Position numbers and translations under genes: made by a program. Under the pieces are notes generated by a model, which saw only the letters and a list, made by a program, of their open reading frames with translations, was not told the DNA's origin and did no database searches. A stretch of 64,000 bases of DNA, from assembly GCF_048593235.1 (NCBI RefSeq), contig NC_133620.1, positions 311,875,765-311,939,764 of the forward strand, read 5' to 3'. The DNA comes from Sminthopsis crassicaudata (taxonomy: Eukaryota). Each line of letters begins with the position of its first letter. Position 1 is the stretch's first letter. Shown here piece by piece: positions 1 to 12,613 of the stretch.

Positions 1-1468
1 ATGTGAATTTATTTTTTCTAGCAGCTTGCAGTATTTTTTCTTTTGTCTGATGGCTCTGGAATTTGGCCACTATATTTCTTGGCGTTTTGATTTTAGGGTC
101 CCTTTCAGTAGGTGATAGATGAATTCTTTCAATGTCTATTTTACCCTCTATTTCTAAAACATCTGGGCAGTTCTCCTTGATAATTTCCTGGAACATAGTC
201 TCCAGGCTCCTTTTTTCCTCATATTTTTCAGGGAGTCCAATTATTCTCAGATTGTCTCACCTGGATCTATTTTCCAGGTCTATTATCTTCCCAAGAAGGT
301 ACCTGACATTCTTTTCCATTGTTTCATTTTTTTGTTTTGTTTTGATTCCTGGTGTCTCCTCAAGACATTCACTTCTATTTGTTTGATTCTGATTTTCAAT
401 GATGTATTTTCTTCACTCACTTTTTTAATATCTTTTTCTAATTGTCCAAATGAGTTTTTAAGTGAATTGTTTTGTTTTATGGAATTTTCTTCCATTTCGC
501 CAATTTTATTTTTTAGAAAGCTATTTTCTTTTTCCAGCTCAGTAGTTTTGCTTTTCAATTATTTGATTTCTTTATCCACTCTATCTTTAAATGAGTAGAA
601 TGACTTCTCCAGACTCTCTTGCCAAGCTTCCCTTTCCTTTTCCCATTTTTCTTCTACCTCTCTTGTGAGGGCCTTTTTGATTTTTTCTATGACATTTTTG
701 TGTATTGAGGAGCAGATCATATCTCCCTTGGGGGATTCCTCTGGAGAGAGTCTGTCTTTAGTCTCCTCAGGGTTTAAAGTCTGCTCTCTATCCATACAGA
801 AGCTATGAATGGGTTAGAGTCCTTTTAATTTTTTTGCTCATTTTGTCAGAGAAGAATCAAAGAAAACAAACTAACAAGAAAAACAAATGATCTGCTTTTT
901 GCGGGGGATGGGGCTGGATGGTGTTACCGAGATTCCTCTACAGACTATAAAGGGGGCAGCAGCGAGGCACTAGCAGGACAGCAATGGCTGCACGGCATCT
1001 GCCCTCTGAGACTCTGAGGCTCTAAGAACACTCTGAGTCACTCCGGATGGGGGTGAGGGTGGCCAGGTCCTGAGTGACGCTAGCTTTTCGGGGTTTTATT
1101 ATTTACCTCTTGTTTTTACAGCTTCTATGCTGATCCTGGCTTGCTGCCAAGACAGAATATCCACATGTAGTAAAGGTAGTTCCACAAAAACGGCAGAGAT
1201 TGCACCCCTTCCCGCTCTGGTCTTCACTGTGTGAGTTGCCTTCCAAGCTCTCCTACTTACCCTCAGCCTGGGCTGGATCTGTTTGTCCCCGTCCCTGAGC
1301 AAAAACCTTTTCTGTTGAATTTCAAGGATGTCTTTTGTTGGTAATTATTTGTGGGGTTTTTTCCAGTCAAGCATTAATTCTGAGGCTTGTCATGAAATAA
1401 ATTCTGAGAGGAAACGTGGAGCTCAAGCAGATGTGTGCCTCCTCTGTGCCATCTTGGCTGGAAGTCTC
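1..1468 (-). mobile_element. LINE-1 5' portion (5'UTR and disrupted ORF1), continues off the left edge
   Basis: Minus strand starts GAGACTTCCAGCCAAGATGGCAC, a typical L1 5' end. ORF1 ATG at 841, broken into 78-aa and 91-aa coiled-coil fragments. Homologous to 8521-10005. Confidence 0.92.
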
Positions 1469-1572
1469 AGTTCATTTTACACATGAGGAAGTAAGGCAAA
1501 CAGGATTAAATATTTGTCCAGGGTCAAATAAGTAGCAATTGTCTGAGGCTAGATTTAAACTCATAAAGATGA

Positions 1573-1943
1573 NNNNNNNNNNNNNNNNNNNNNNNNNNNN
1601 NNNNNNNNNNNNNNNNNNNNNNNNNNNNNNNNNNNNNNNNNNNNNNNNNNNNNNNNNNNNNNNNNNNNNNNNNNNNNNNNNNNNNNNNNNNNNNNNNNNN
1701 NNNNNNNNNNNNNNNNNNNNNNNNNNNNNNNNNNNNNNNNNNNNNNNNNNNNNNNNNNNNNNNNNNNNNNNNNNNNNNNNNNNNNNNNNNNNNNNNNNNN
1801 NNNNNNNNNNNNNNNNNNNNNNNNNNNNNNNNNNNNNNNNNNNNNNNNNNNNNNNNNNNNNNNNNNNNNNNNNNNNNNNNNNNNNNNNNNNNNNNNNNNN
1901 NNNNNNNNNNNNNNNNNNNNNNNNNNNNNNNNNNNNNNNNNNN
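1573..1943. other. Assembly gap (N run)
   Basis: Run of N in the sequence. Confidence 1.
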
Positions 1944-2062
1944 ACTTCTTGACTCCTGAACTTCCTTATCTGTTAAGGGAGAGTGGCCAAGACAAACTCT
2001 AAGATTCCTTCTGGCTCTAAAACCAGTTATCACAGGAAGTCATTCCATTTCCTACAACTTAC

Positions 2063-2123
2063 CATCTTCTTCTTGTTTAGCTAGTAGTGACATCTTCTTA
2101 CTTTCAGAGTTTGGCTCTTCATT
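2063..2123 (-). CDS. MXRA7: MXRA7 coding exon 2 (NEEPNSESKKMSLLAKQEED-G)
   Basis: Acceptor tttctacttgcctttcAG and donor GATG|GTAAGT. 61 nt, phase 0 to 1, which fits the phase-0 end of exon 1. Acidic peptide ending EEDG as in the recalled human exon 2. Confidence 0.8.
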
Positions 2124-2208
2124 CTGAAAGGCAAGTAGAAAAATTCAGAGCAAAGAACTTTATATTTAGATTAACTAAGATTACTAAAGAGACAGGGTAA
2201 AATTGTGG

Positions 2209-2400
2209 ATAGTATGTTAGAGTCAGGAAAGCTAATTTCAGATTTTGCTTCTTACACATATACTGTTGGAGTTACCATGAGTAAATAAATTATTGTACCT
2301 CTCTGAACCTGAAAGTTTCCTTTCTGTAAAATGGTTATGGTAATACTCAGATTACTAACTTCATGGGTTTGTTATGAGTCAAATGACATATATATGTAAA
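2209..2400 (+). mobile_element. MIR-family SINE, decayed
   Basis: Core motif ctctgaacc...tttcctttctgtaaaatgg...taata. Confidence 0.65.
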
Positions 2401-2709
2401 ATAATTCAAAAATTTTAAATCAATTTACAAACCAAGGATTCCACAGACTGACTCAGTTTTGATACTAAACATTTCAGCACCCTTCATCAATCTTTTCACT
2501 CTGATTGCAGAGACAGAGACTGGAAAAATGAATAACTTCCAAAGCCTTCCTTTATAGAAGGCACAGAGCTTTGTAGGTTATTCTTTATTTTTCATCAGCA
2601 GCTCTACTTGGTTTCCAAGAACATTATGCCCCTGAATATTGCTCCCTTTCAACTTCCTTTTGTTCAGCTCCACCCCACCACCATGACCCCTCTCCCTGCC
2701 ATATCAGAC

Positions 2710-2815
2710 TAAACATCTTAAGGGCAGGGATTGTCTTTTTCTTATTTGTATACTCAGTGTTTAGCATAGTGTCTAGTACAAAGTAGAGATTTAACAAATG
2801 TTTATTGACTATTGA
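2710..2815 (+). mobile_element. L2 3' end fragment
   Basis: agggcagggattgtc...tagcatagtgtctagtacaaagtagagatttaacaaatgtttattga resembles the L2 3' terminus. Confidence 0.7.
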
Positions 2816-2851
2816 CAAATGTTAGTTTTTATTGTGATTGTTATTGTTAAA

Positions 2852-3339
2852 TGTAAAGTTCTGTTGTCTCCAGAGACTGCCAATTGCTCTCTGGGAGGAG
2901 ATCTGCTGTGTCAACTCAAATCTCTAGGACAGATTCTTCTTCCTGTAGAGAGCCCTTGTCTCCAGACAGTTGCCGCCAACTCTGGTCCAGAGTAGTGACT
3001 TCTTCTTCCTCTGGAGAGCCGCCTCAAGTCTGGCCCAAACAAGAGACTCTTTCGCCTCATAGAGCTGCTCCAACTCTGACCTAGAACAGAGACTCTTCTC
3101 TATCTCTCGAGGGCCGCCCTCTTTTATATTTCCCAGAGAATGGGCGTGTGATAACGCAAGGGCTTCTGGGAAAAATTACTTCAACCAATGAACTTGCTCC
3201 TCCTAAGCATGCTAGCTCCTCTCCAGGAGTTCAAAGGAGTTAAACTCCTAGTAAAGACCAGAACTAGAGAGTACCGACTTAGCACTTAGTAAGAACCTAA
3301 TATCTCATTATCTCATTAGCACTTAGTAAGAACTTAACA
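2852..3339 (-). mobile_element. ERV solo LTR (family A)
   Basis: TG...CA termini (minus strand TGTTAAGTTCTTACTAAGTGC...AACTTTACA). 6-bp TSD gttaaa/gttaca with 1 mismatch. TATAAAAG box. Same 5' end as the LTRs at 21251 and 59738. Confidence 0.85.
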
Positions 3340-3998
3340 GTTACACTCTTTACTATTATTAAACATTATTACAGTCAATATTAAATTAATTATTTTAATC
3401 TTTTTTCAATGGGAGTTCAGATAGAAATGTTCTTGGGACAAAAACTCTCTGCAGTTATTCTTTTATATTTAATATTTTATTGCAAAAATGAATGAAATAA
3501 CTTTGAATAAAAGTATCGCAATCTGATCTCTGTAATATTGCTGAAAGTAACAGAACATCAAGGAATGACCACCATTCCATTTTACCTATATGTGATTATT
3601 AAATATATATATGTATATATTTATTTATTTATTTTGTAATTATAACTTTTTTTTGACAGTACATATGCATGGGTAATTTTTTACAACATTATCCTCACTT
3701 CTGTTCCGATTGTTCCCCTCCTTCCCTCCACCCCCTCCCCTAGATGGCAGGCAGTCCCATACATGTTAAATATGTTATAGTACATCCTAGATATAATATA
3801 TGTGTGCAGAACCGAATTTCTTGTTGCACAGGAAGAATTGGCTTCAGAAGGTAAAAATAATCTGGGAAGAAAAACATAAAATGCAAACAGTTTACACTCA
3901 TTTCCCAGTGTTCCTTCTCTGGGTGTAGCCGATTCTGTCCATCATTGATCAAGTGAAACTGAATTAGATCTTCTCTTTGTTGAAGATAGCCACTTCCA

Positions 3999-6900
3999 TC
4001 AGAATACATCCTCATACAGTATTGTTGGTGAAATGTATAATGATCTTCTGGCTCTGCTCATTTCACTCAGTATCAGTTCATGTAAGTCTCTCCAAGCCTT
4101 TCTGTATTCATCCTGCTGGTCATTTCTTACAGAACAATAATATTGCATAACATTCATATACCACAATTTACCCAACCATTCTCCAATTGATGGACATCCA
4201 TTCATTTTCCAGTTTCTAGCCACTACAAAAAGGGCTGCCACAAACATTTTGGCACATACAGGTCTCTTTCCCTTCTTTAGTATTTCCTTAGGCTATAAGC
4301 CCAATAGTAGCACTGCTGAATCAAAGGGTATGCACAGTTTGATAACTTTTAGGGCATAATTCCAGATTGCTCTCCAGAATGGCTGGATTCTTTCACAACT
4401 CCACCAACATTGCATCCGTGTCCCAGTTTTCCCACATCACTTCCAACATTCATCATTATTTTTTGCTGTCATCTTAGCCAATCTGACAGGTGTGTAGTGG
4501 TATCTCAGAGTTGTCTTAATTTGCATTTCTCTACTCAATAATGATTTGGAACACTCTTTCATATGGGTGGAAATAGTTTCAATTTCATCATCTGAAAATT
4601 GTCTGTTCATATCCTTTTACCATTTATCAATTGGAGAATGGCTCGATTTCTTATAAATTAGAGTCAATTCTCTGTATATTTTGGAAATGAGGCCTTTATC
4701 AGAAGCTTTAACAGTAAAAATGTTTTACCAGTTTGTTACTTCTCTTCTAATCCTGTTTGCATAAGTTTTGTTAGACCAAAAGCTTTTTAATGTAATGTAA
4801 TCAAAATTTTCTATTTTGTGATCAATAACGATCTCTATTTCTCCTTTGGTCACAAATTCCTTCCTCCTCCAGAAGTCTGAGAGGTAAACTATCCTATGTT
4901 CCTCTAATTTATTTATGATCTCATGCTTTATGCCTAAATCATGGACCCATTTTGATTTTATCTTAATATGTGGTGTTAAGTGCGGGTCCATGCCTAATTT
5001 TTGCCATACTAATTTCCAGTTTTCCCAGCAGTTTTTGTCAAATAATGAATTCTTATCCCAGAAGTTGGGATCTTTGGGTTTGTCAAACACTAGATTGCTA
5101 TTTTTATTCACTATTTTGTCCTGTGAACCTAACCTATTCCACTGATCAACTAGTCTATTTCTTAGCCAATACCAAATGGTATAATGCCTTTTAATATAGT
5201 TTTAGATCAGGTACAGCTAGGCCACCTTCATTTGATGTTTTTTTTTTTTTCATTAATTACCTTGAAATTCTCAACCTTTTGTTCTTCCATATGAATTTTA
5301 TTGTTATTTTTTCTAGATCATTAAAATAGTTTCTTGAGAATCTGATTGGTAAAGCACTAAATAAGTAGATTACTTAGGGAGTATTGTCATCTTTATTATA
5401 TTTTAGGGAGTATTGTCATTTTTATTATATTTGCTCAGCCTATCTAAGAGCACTTAATGTCTTTTCAATTATTTAGATCTGACTTTATTTTTGTGGCAAG
5501 TGTTTTGTAATTTTGCTCACATAATTCCTGACTTTCCTTTGGTAGATAGATTCCCAAATATTTTATACTATCGATAGTTATTTTGAGTGGAATTTCTCTT
5601 TTTATCTCTTGCTATTGGAATTTGTTGGTGATGTGTAAAAATGCTGAGGATTTATGTGGATTTATTTTTTTCCTTCAACTTTGCTAAAGTTGTGAATTAT
5701 TTCTAATAGTTTTTTAGTAAAATCTCTGGTGTTCTCTAAGTATACCATCATATCATCTGCAAAGAGTGATAGTTTGGTTTCCTCATTACCCACTCTAATT
5801 CCTTTAATCTCTTTCTCAACTCTTATTGCCGAGGCTAGTGTTTCTAATACAATATTGAATAGTAATGGTGATAATGGGCAACCTTGTTTCACTCCTGATC
5901 TTACTTATCCCCATTACATATGATGCTTACTGATGGTTTTAAATATATGCTCCTGATTATTTTAAGGAATAGTCCATACTCTCAAGTGTTTTTAGTAGGA
6001 ATGGATGTTGGATTTGTCAAATGCTTTTTCTGCATCTATTGAGATGATCATATGGTTTTTGATAATTTGGTCATTAATATAGTTGATTATGCTAATATTG
6101 GACCAGCCCTGCATTCCTGGTATAAATCCCACTTGGTCATAGTGTATTATCCTGGAGATGATTTTCTGTAGTCTTTTTGCTAATATATTTTAAAGATTTT
6201 AGCATCAATATTCATTAGGGAGATTGATCGATAATTTTCTTTCTCTGTTTTCAACCTACCTGGTTTAGGTATTCATACCATGTCTGTGTCATAAAAGGAA
6301 TTTGTTAGGACTCCTTCAATCCCTGTTTTTTTCCAAATAGTTTATATAGCATTAAAGTTTGTTGTTCTTTAAATGTTTGGTAGAATTCACATGTAAATCC
6401 ATCTGGTCCTGGGGATTTTTTCTTAGGGAGTTGGTTAACAGCTTGTTCTATTTCTTTTTCTGAAATGGGACTATTTAGACTATTTACTTCTTCCTCTGTT
6501 AATCTGGGCAAGCTATATTTTTGAAGGTATTCTTCCATTTCACTTAAGTTATAGAATTTATTGGCATAAAGTTGGTCAAAGTAACTCCTAATTATTGCTC
6601 TCATTTCCACTTCATTAGTGGTGAGTTGTCCCTTTTCATTTTTAAGACTAACAATTTGCTTTTCCTCCTTCCTTTTTTTTAATCAGATTTACTAAGGGTT
6701 TGTCTATAGGTTTTTGTTTTTTTACTTTCAATTTTATTACTCTCACCTTTTATTTTTAGAATTTCCAGTTTTGTGTTTGTCTGGGGGTTTTTAATTTGTT
6801 CCTTTTCTAGCATTTTTAGTTGCAAGCCCAATTCATTGGCATTCTCTTTCTCTATTTTATGCAAGTAGGTCTCTAGAGATATAAAATTTCCCCTTATTAC

Positions 6901-7759
6901 TGCTTTGGCTTCATCCCACACATTTTGGTATGATGTCTCGTTATTGTCATTTTCTTGGGTGAAGTTATTAATTATGTCTATGATTTGCTGTTACACCCAA
7001 TCATTCTTTAGTATGATTCATTTAGTTTCCAATTATTTTTTGGTCTATTTTCCCCTGGCTTTTTATTGAGTATAATTTTCATTGCATAGTGGGCTGAAAA
7101 GGATGCATTTACTATTTCTGCCTTACTGCATTTGAGTTTGAGGTTTTTATGTCCTAATATATGGTCAATTTTTGTATAAGTTCCATGAACTGCTGAGAAG
7201 AAAGTGTACTCCTTTCTGTCTCCATTTGGTTTTCTCCAAACATCTATCACATCTAACTTTTCTAGTATTCTATTTACCTCTTTGACTTCTTTCTTATTTA
7301 TTTGTGATTTGATTTATCTAATTCTGAGAGTGCAAGGTTGAGATCTCCCACTATTATAGTTTTGCTGTCTATTTCTTCTTGCAGCTCTCTTAATTTCTCT
7401 TTTAAGAATTTAGATGCCGCACCACTTGGTGCATATGTTTAATATTGATATTGCTTTGTTATCTATGCTACCCTTTAGCAAGATATAGTTTCCTTCCTTA
7501 TCTCTTTTGATTAGATCAATTTTTGCTTTTGCTTGATCTGAGATGAGGATGGCTACCCCTGCTTTTTTGGTTTCACCTGAGGCATAGGAGATTTTACCTT
7601 TATTCTGTATGTATCACCCTGTTTCAGGTGTGTTTCCTGTAAACAACATATTGTAGGATTCTGGCTTTTAATCCAGTCTGCTAACTGTTTCCTCTTTATG
7701 GGGGAGTTTACCCCATTCACATTTATGCCTTAAATGACTAATTCTGTATTGTTTGCCAT
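3999..7759 (-). pseudogene. L1 ORF2 (EN/RT), many frameshifts and stops
   Basis: ORF-track fragments 7008-7250, 6679-6921, 6305-6610, 5662-5892 ([16 protein letters not shown]), 4725-5111 and 3999-4247 are colinear pieces of L1 ORF2. Confidence 0.92.
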
Positions 7760-8260
7760 CATGTTAACTCCTGCTTATGCTTTTCTCCTTTCTTTGCCCC
7801 TTACCCCCCTCCCCAGTATTAAACTTGTGAACACCACTTGCTTCTCACAGCCCTCCCTTTTTAGCATCCCTCCTCCATCTTAGAGTTCCTCCCCCTATTT
7901 TACCCCTTTTCTTCACAATTTCTGTATTCCCTTCCCCTTAGCTTACTCCTTCCTTTTTCACTTTTCCCCTCCCACTTTCCAATGAAGTGGAAGGAGTTTC
8001 ACCATAAATCTAATATATCTATATTTTTCTCTTTAAGCCATTCTAATGAGAATATGATACACACTATGTTCATCCCCCTCCTGTCTTTCTCTCAGATATA
8101 ACAGGTTACCTTTGCCTCTTTGTGAGATGTAGTACCACCACTTTACCATTTTTTCTGGTATAATTTCCTTTCCACCTCTAGTTTCTAGAACAAATTATAC
8201 ATGTGTTCTTTATATATCTTTATGGCAGAAATACAGTTCTCAAAATTTCTATTTACCTTT

Positions 8261-9361
8261 TTAGGTATCTCTTGAGTTCTATATTTGGAGATCAAACTTT
8301 TTGTTTAGATCCGGTTTTTTCATCAAGAATAGATGGAATTCATTTATTTTGTTGAATGTCGATCTTCTTCCCTGGAAAAAGATGCTCATTTTTCCTGGGT
8401 AAGTTATTCTTGGCTGCATACCAAGTTCCTTAGCCTTTCAGATTATCATATTCCAGGTCCTTCAATCCTTTAATGTGGATGCTGCTAGATCCTGGGTAAT
8501 CTTTATTGTGGCTCCTCCATATGTGAATTTATTTTTTCTAGCAGCTTGCAGTATTTTTTCTTTTGTCTGATGGCTCTGGAATTTGGCCACTATATTTCTT
8601 GGCGTTTTGATTTTAGGGTCCCTTTCAGTAGGTGATAGATGAATTCTTTCAATGTCTATTTTACCCTCTATTTCTAAAACATCTGGGCAGTTCTCCTTGA
8701 TAATTTCCTGGAACATAGTCTCCAGGCTCCTTTTTTCCTCATATTTTTCAGGGAGTCCAATTATTCTCAGATTGTCTCACCTGGATCTATTTTCCAGGTC
8801 TATTATCTTCCCAAGAAGGTACCTGACATTCTTTTCCATTGTTTCATTTTTTTGTTTTGTTTTGATTCCTGGTGTCTCCTCAAGACATTCACTTCTATTT
8901 GTTTGATTCTGATTTTCAATGATGTATTTTCTTCACTCACTTTTTTAATATCTTTTTCTAATTGTCCAAATGAGTTTTTAAGTGAATTGTTTTGTTTTAT
9001 GGAATTTTCTTCCATTTCGCCAATTTTATTTTTTAGAAAGCTATTTTCTTTTTCCAGCTCAGTAGTTTTGCTTTTCAATTATTTGATTTCTTTATCCACT
9101 CTATCTTTAAATGAGTAGAATGACTTCTCCAGACTCTCTTGCCAAGCTTCCCTTTCCTTTTCCCATTTTTCTTCTACCTCTCTTGTGAGGGCCTTTTTGA
9201 TTTTTTCTATGACATTTTTGTGTATTGAGGAGCAGATCATATCTCCCTTGGGGGATTCCTCTGGAGAGAGTCTGTCTTTAGTCTCCTCAGGGTTTAAAGT
9301 CTGCTCTCTATCCATACAGAAGCTATGAATGGGTTAGAGTCCTTTTAATTTTTTTGCTCAT
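8261..9361 (-). pseudogene. L1 ORF1, disrupted
   Basis: ATGAGCAAAAA start at 9361. Coiled-coil fragments, then FQEIIKENCP..IERIH..TPRNIVAKF (RRM/CTD region). Confidence 0.9.
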
Positions 9362-10766
9362 TTTGTCAGAGAAGAATCAAAGAAAACAAACTAACAAGAA
9401 AAACAAATGATCTGCTTTTTGCGGGGGATGGGGCTGGATGGTGTTACCGAGATTCCTCTACAGACTATAAAGGGGGCAGCAGCGAGGCACTAGCAGGACA
9501 GCAATGGCTGCACGGCATCTGCTCTCTGAGACTCTGAGGCTCTAAGAACACTCTGAGTCACTCCGGATGGGGGTGAGGGTGGCCAGGTCCTGAGTGACGC
9601 TAGCTTTTCGGGGTTTTATTATTTACCTCTTGTTTTTACAGCTTCTATGCTGATCCTGGCTTGCTGCCAAGACAGAATATCCACATGTAGTAAAGGTAGT
9701 TCCACAAAAACGGCAGAGATTACACCCCTCTACCCTCCAGTGTGCAAAGTGTGAGTTGCCTGCTAAGCTCTCCTTGCTTGCTCTCAGCCTGAACTGGATC
9801 TGTTTATCCCTGCCCCGGAGCAAAAACAGACCTTTTCTGTTGAATTTCAAGGATGTCTTTTGTTGGTAATTATTTGTGGAGTTTTTTTTTTTTTTTTCCA
9901 GTCAAGCACACTAATTCCAAGGCTTGTCAGGAAATAAATTCTGAGAGAAAACTTGGAGCTCAAGCAGATGTGTGCCTCCTCTCTGCCATCTTGGCCGTTA
10001 GTCTCTACATGTGATTTTTATCTACTTTGCTAAATCTCTATATTGTGAAATTTTTTTGTTCTAATTAACTTAGAGATTATAAGTATGTGGCATTGGAACA
10101 GCTTTTTAAATTATTGAGCTTAAATTGTTATAATGAATGCTATCTTTGGGTGATTCAATCTGTGAAAATGGGGTAGAAATGTATTGCTTGAGTTCTCCAA
10201 GATATATTCAGTTCTGTATTTGTAGTGTGGGTTCTGTTTCCTGTCAATCTATGAAAGACTGAGTTTTTGGTGTATAATTCTAATTTCTAATTTCCAAATG
10301 TAGTCTTGGTAGGCACCAAATTTTTACACGTTCTGATGTGTCTCACTTTCTCCTATTTCTTTGTACAGTCTACATTGATCATTAAATTTGAACCTGTTAA
10401 AAATAACCATTTTAAATTTCTGTGGCAATGATACAGTTCTGAATTGCCATCAAAAATTCATACTTTCAACAAACCAATCTTCATGACTCAACTAATTGTT
10501 GAATATTTCTATGCGGAAACATTATAAGCTAGATTCCTGTGGATGTTGCCCATTCTTGTACCTTAACTATTTCATAGGTTTCACCTGAAGGTAAACTATT
10601 TAAATCCCACTTTCATTTGCATTATTATTAGAATTCTTAAATAGGTAGCCAAGCCAGACCTGACTCCCTGATGCCACTGAGGACAGGTTCTAGGCTGCTT
10701 CTTCCAGACTAAATCCATGAGGTATGAAAGTAATAACTAGGAAAATGAGGGAATCAAATGTATTTC

Positions 10767-10915
10767 TTTTTTTGTTGAGGCAATCGGGATTGAGTGACTT
10801 GCCCAGGGTCACACAGCTAGGAAGTGTTAAGTGTCTGAGGTCAGATTTGAACTCAGGTCCTCCTGACTTCAGGATTGGTGCTGGTGCTCTATCCACTGCA
10901 CCATCTAGCTGCCCT
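10767..10915 (-). mobile_element. WSINE1-like CORE-SINE with 16-bp TSD
   Basis: tRNA-like head, core and A tail. TSD gaatcaaatgtatttc (10751-10766) / gaatcagatgtatttc (10916-10931). Confidence 0.9.
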
Positions 10916-11406
10916 GAATCAGATGTATTTCAATTTTTTTACAAAGAATCCTACTGCTTCAAATGAAAGCATTCCAAATCTATTATTGATCCTAGGATCA
11001 ATCAACTGTCATCTTTTTATGTTTCTCTATTCTTAAAATAGGCCTGTGCCATCTGTGCTCCCTACTATCTGGAACTCTTTTGAGGATAAAATAAAGCAAT
11101 ATGAATTAACTAATTAGTATATTGTAATAATTTATTTCTAAGATAGTTATTGTTTGTGAGCCTGATAATACATTGTGAACTCCTTAGAGAAAGAATTAGT
11201 ATCTTGTTTGATCCTAGAATCACTAGCACATAAAAATATTTGCTGCAATAATTGTGGAAATGTGTATAGAAAAAATTGCACATATAAACAGGTAAGGAAA
11301 AATTTGGAACATAAGGTTTTGCAAGGGTGAATGCTGAAAATTAGCCATGAATATATTTTGAAAATAAAAGGCTTTAATAAAAAAAAATCAATATAAAATA
11401 TTTGCT

Positions 11407-11557
11407 GGGAGGTAGTTAGATGGTGCAATGGATAGAGCATCAACCTTGGAATCAGGACCTGAGTTCAAATCCAGGCTCAGACATTTAATACTAATTAACT
11501 CTATGATCTTGGGCAAGTCACTTAACATTAATTGACCCAACAAAACAAACAAAAAAA
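11407..11557 (+). mobile_element. WSINE1-like SINE
   Basis: gggaggtagttagatggtgcaatggatagagc...gagttcaaatcc...gggcaagtcacttaac, then an A-rich tail. Confidence 0.85.
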
Positions 11558-11639
11558 ACTGCTGAGTTGAGTGATTAATTATATCAACCCACCTGAGTGC
11601 TCTTAAGTTTCCTTTGCAGATGTATTGTCTCTTTCATAC

Positions 11640-12410
11640 CCTTAACTGAGTGTAGTGCAAGTTTCTATCCTAGACCACATTCTCTCTTTTTCACAAGCCC
11701 ACTTGGTGATCTCATCCCATGGACCTAATTTTCATATTTATACAGATGACTCACAGATCTACATAAATCTAGTTCTTAAATTTCTCTTCTGAGATGCAAA
11801 CTTACACCACCAACTGCCTCTTGGATATTTCAAACTGGATGTCCTAGAGTTGCCTCAAATTCAATTGCCAAAAACAGAATTAATGTTTTCTTCTAACCTT
11901 CTACCAAACTTCCCTATTTCTTTTGAGAGCACTATCATTTCTCCACTGCTATTATCTTCAATTTCTCATTCTCAGTCTTGTCATTGCTAACTCCACAACA
12001 TTTCTTACCTTTCTGCATTCACTTGGCCACCCCCTTATTTCAGGCTTTTATGTTCTTACGTAGGCTATTTACAATGATTTTACAACTTTTCTTCTTGGCT
12101 CATTTCTTCCATATTCATTCTCATCTAGCTTGTCCAAATGATTTTCCAAAAGTACAGATCTGACCATGTCATTCTGCTGTTGAACTAGTGTTTAGTGCCT
12201 TTGGGATAATTCTCCGGCTTCTAATGCCCTTCACAATCTGACTCTAAACTTTATTTTCAGAGTATTATACATTACTTTTCTACTCACATTTTATAATGGA
12301 CACAGAGGCCTTCCCTTTTCCTCAAACATATACTCCATCCACTTGTCTGTTATGCCCTTCATGTCTGCAATGTGGCCTCATCTCCTATCTACTTCAAAGA
12401 ATCCCTGTAG
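11640..12410 (+). mobile_element. L2 LINE fragment
   Basis: tatacagatgactcacagatctac (YxDDSQIY-like) followed by typical L2 3' ORF2/UTR motifs. Confidence 0.75.
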
Positions 12411-12434
12411 CTCAAATACCTTCTATAGTATACA

Positions 12435-12613
12435 CAGGGGTTCTTAAGTTCTCAGTCGGTGAACTTGATTTTTAAAATATTCTGATAAATATTTCCATTT
12501 AAATAAATTTCTTTTGTGATCCTCTCTATGTATTTTGACTTATACATTTGAAAATTTTATCTTGGAAAGAGACTCATGGGCTTTATCAGAGTGTGAAAAG
12601 TGAGAAACCACTG
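12435..12613. mobile_element. Possible hAT/Charlie-type MITE
   Basis: Imperfect TIRs CAGGGGTTCTT / GAGAAACCACTG. Right end is locally duplicated. No clear 8-bp TSD. Confidence 0.45.

Larger units (their letters stand above)
3601..10005 (-). mobile_element. Full-length (about 6.4 kb) but inactivated LINE-1
   Basis: Has 5'UTR, ORF1, ORF2 (endonuclease NPTICCLQETH, RT LFADDM, C-terminal region), 3'UTR and an A-rich tail. Degenerate TSD tatatgtgattatt (3587-3600) / tacatgtgattttt (10006-10019). Confidence 0.95.

Noticed and set aside
132-598. Plus-strand ORFs (84 and 88 aa) and their twins at 8652-9118
   Set aside because: Antisense shadows of the A-rich L1 ORF1. No independent coding signal.
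1524-2033. Long ORFs full of X (also 36512-36889 and 46181-46648)
   Set aside because: Artefacts of translating through N gaps.
10767-10915. tRNA-like A/B box sequences (also in the other SINE heads)
   Set aside because: They are tRNA-derived SINE heads with CORE, A tails and TSDs, not tRNA genes.
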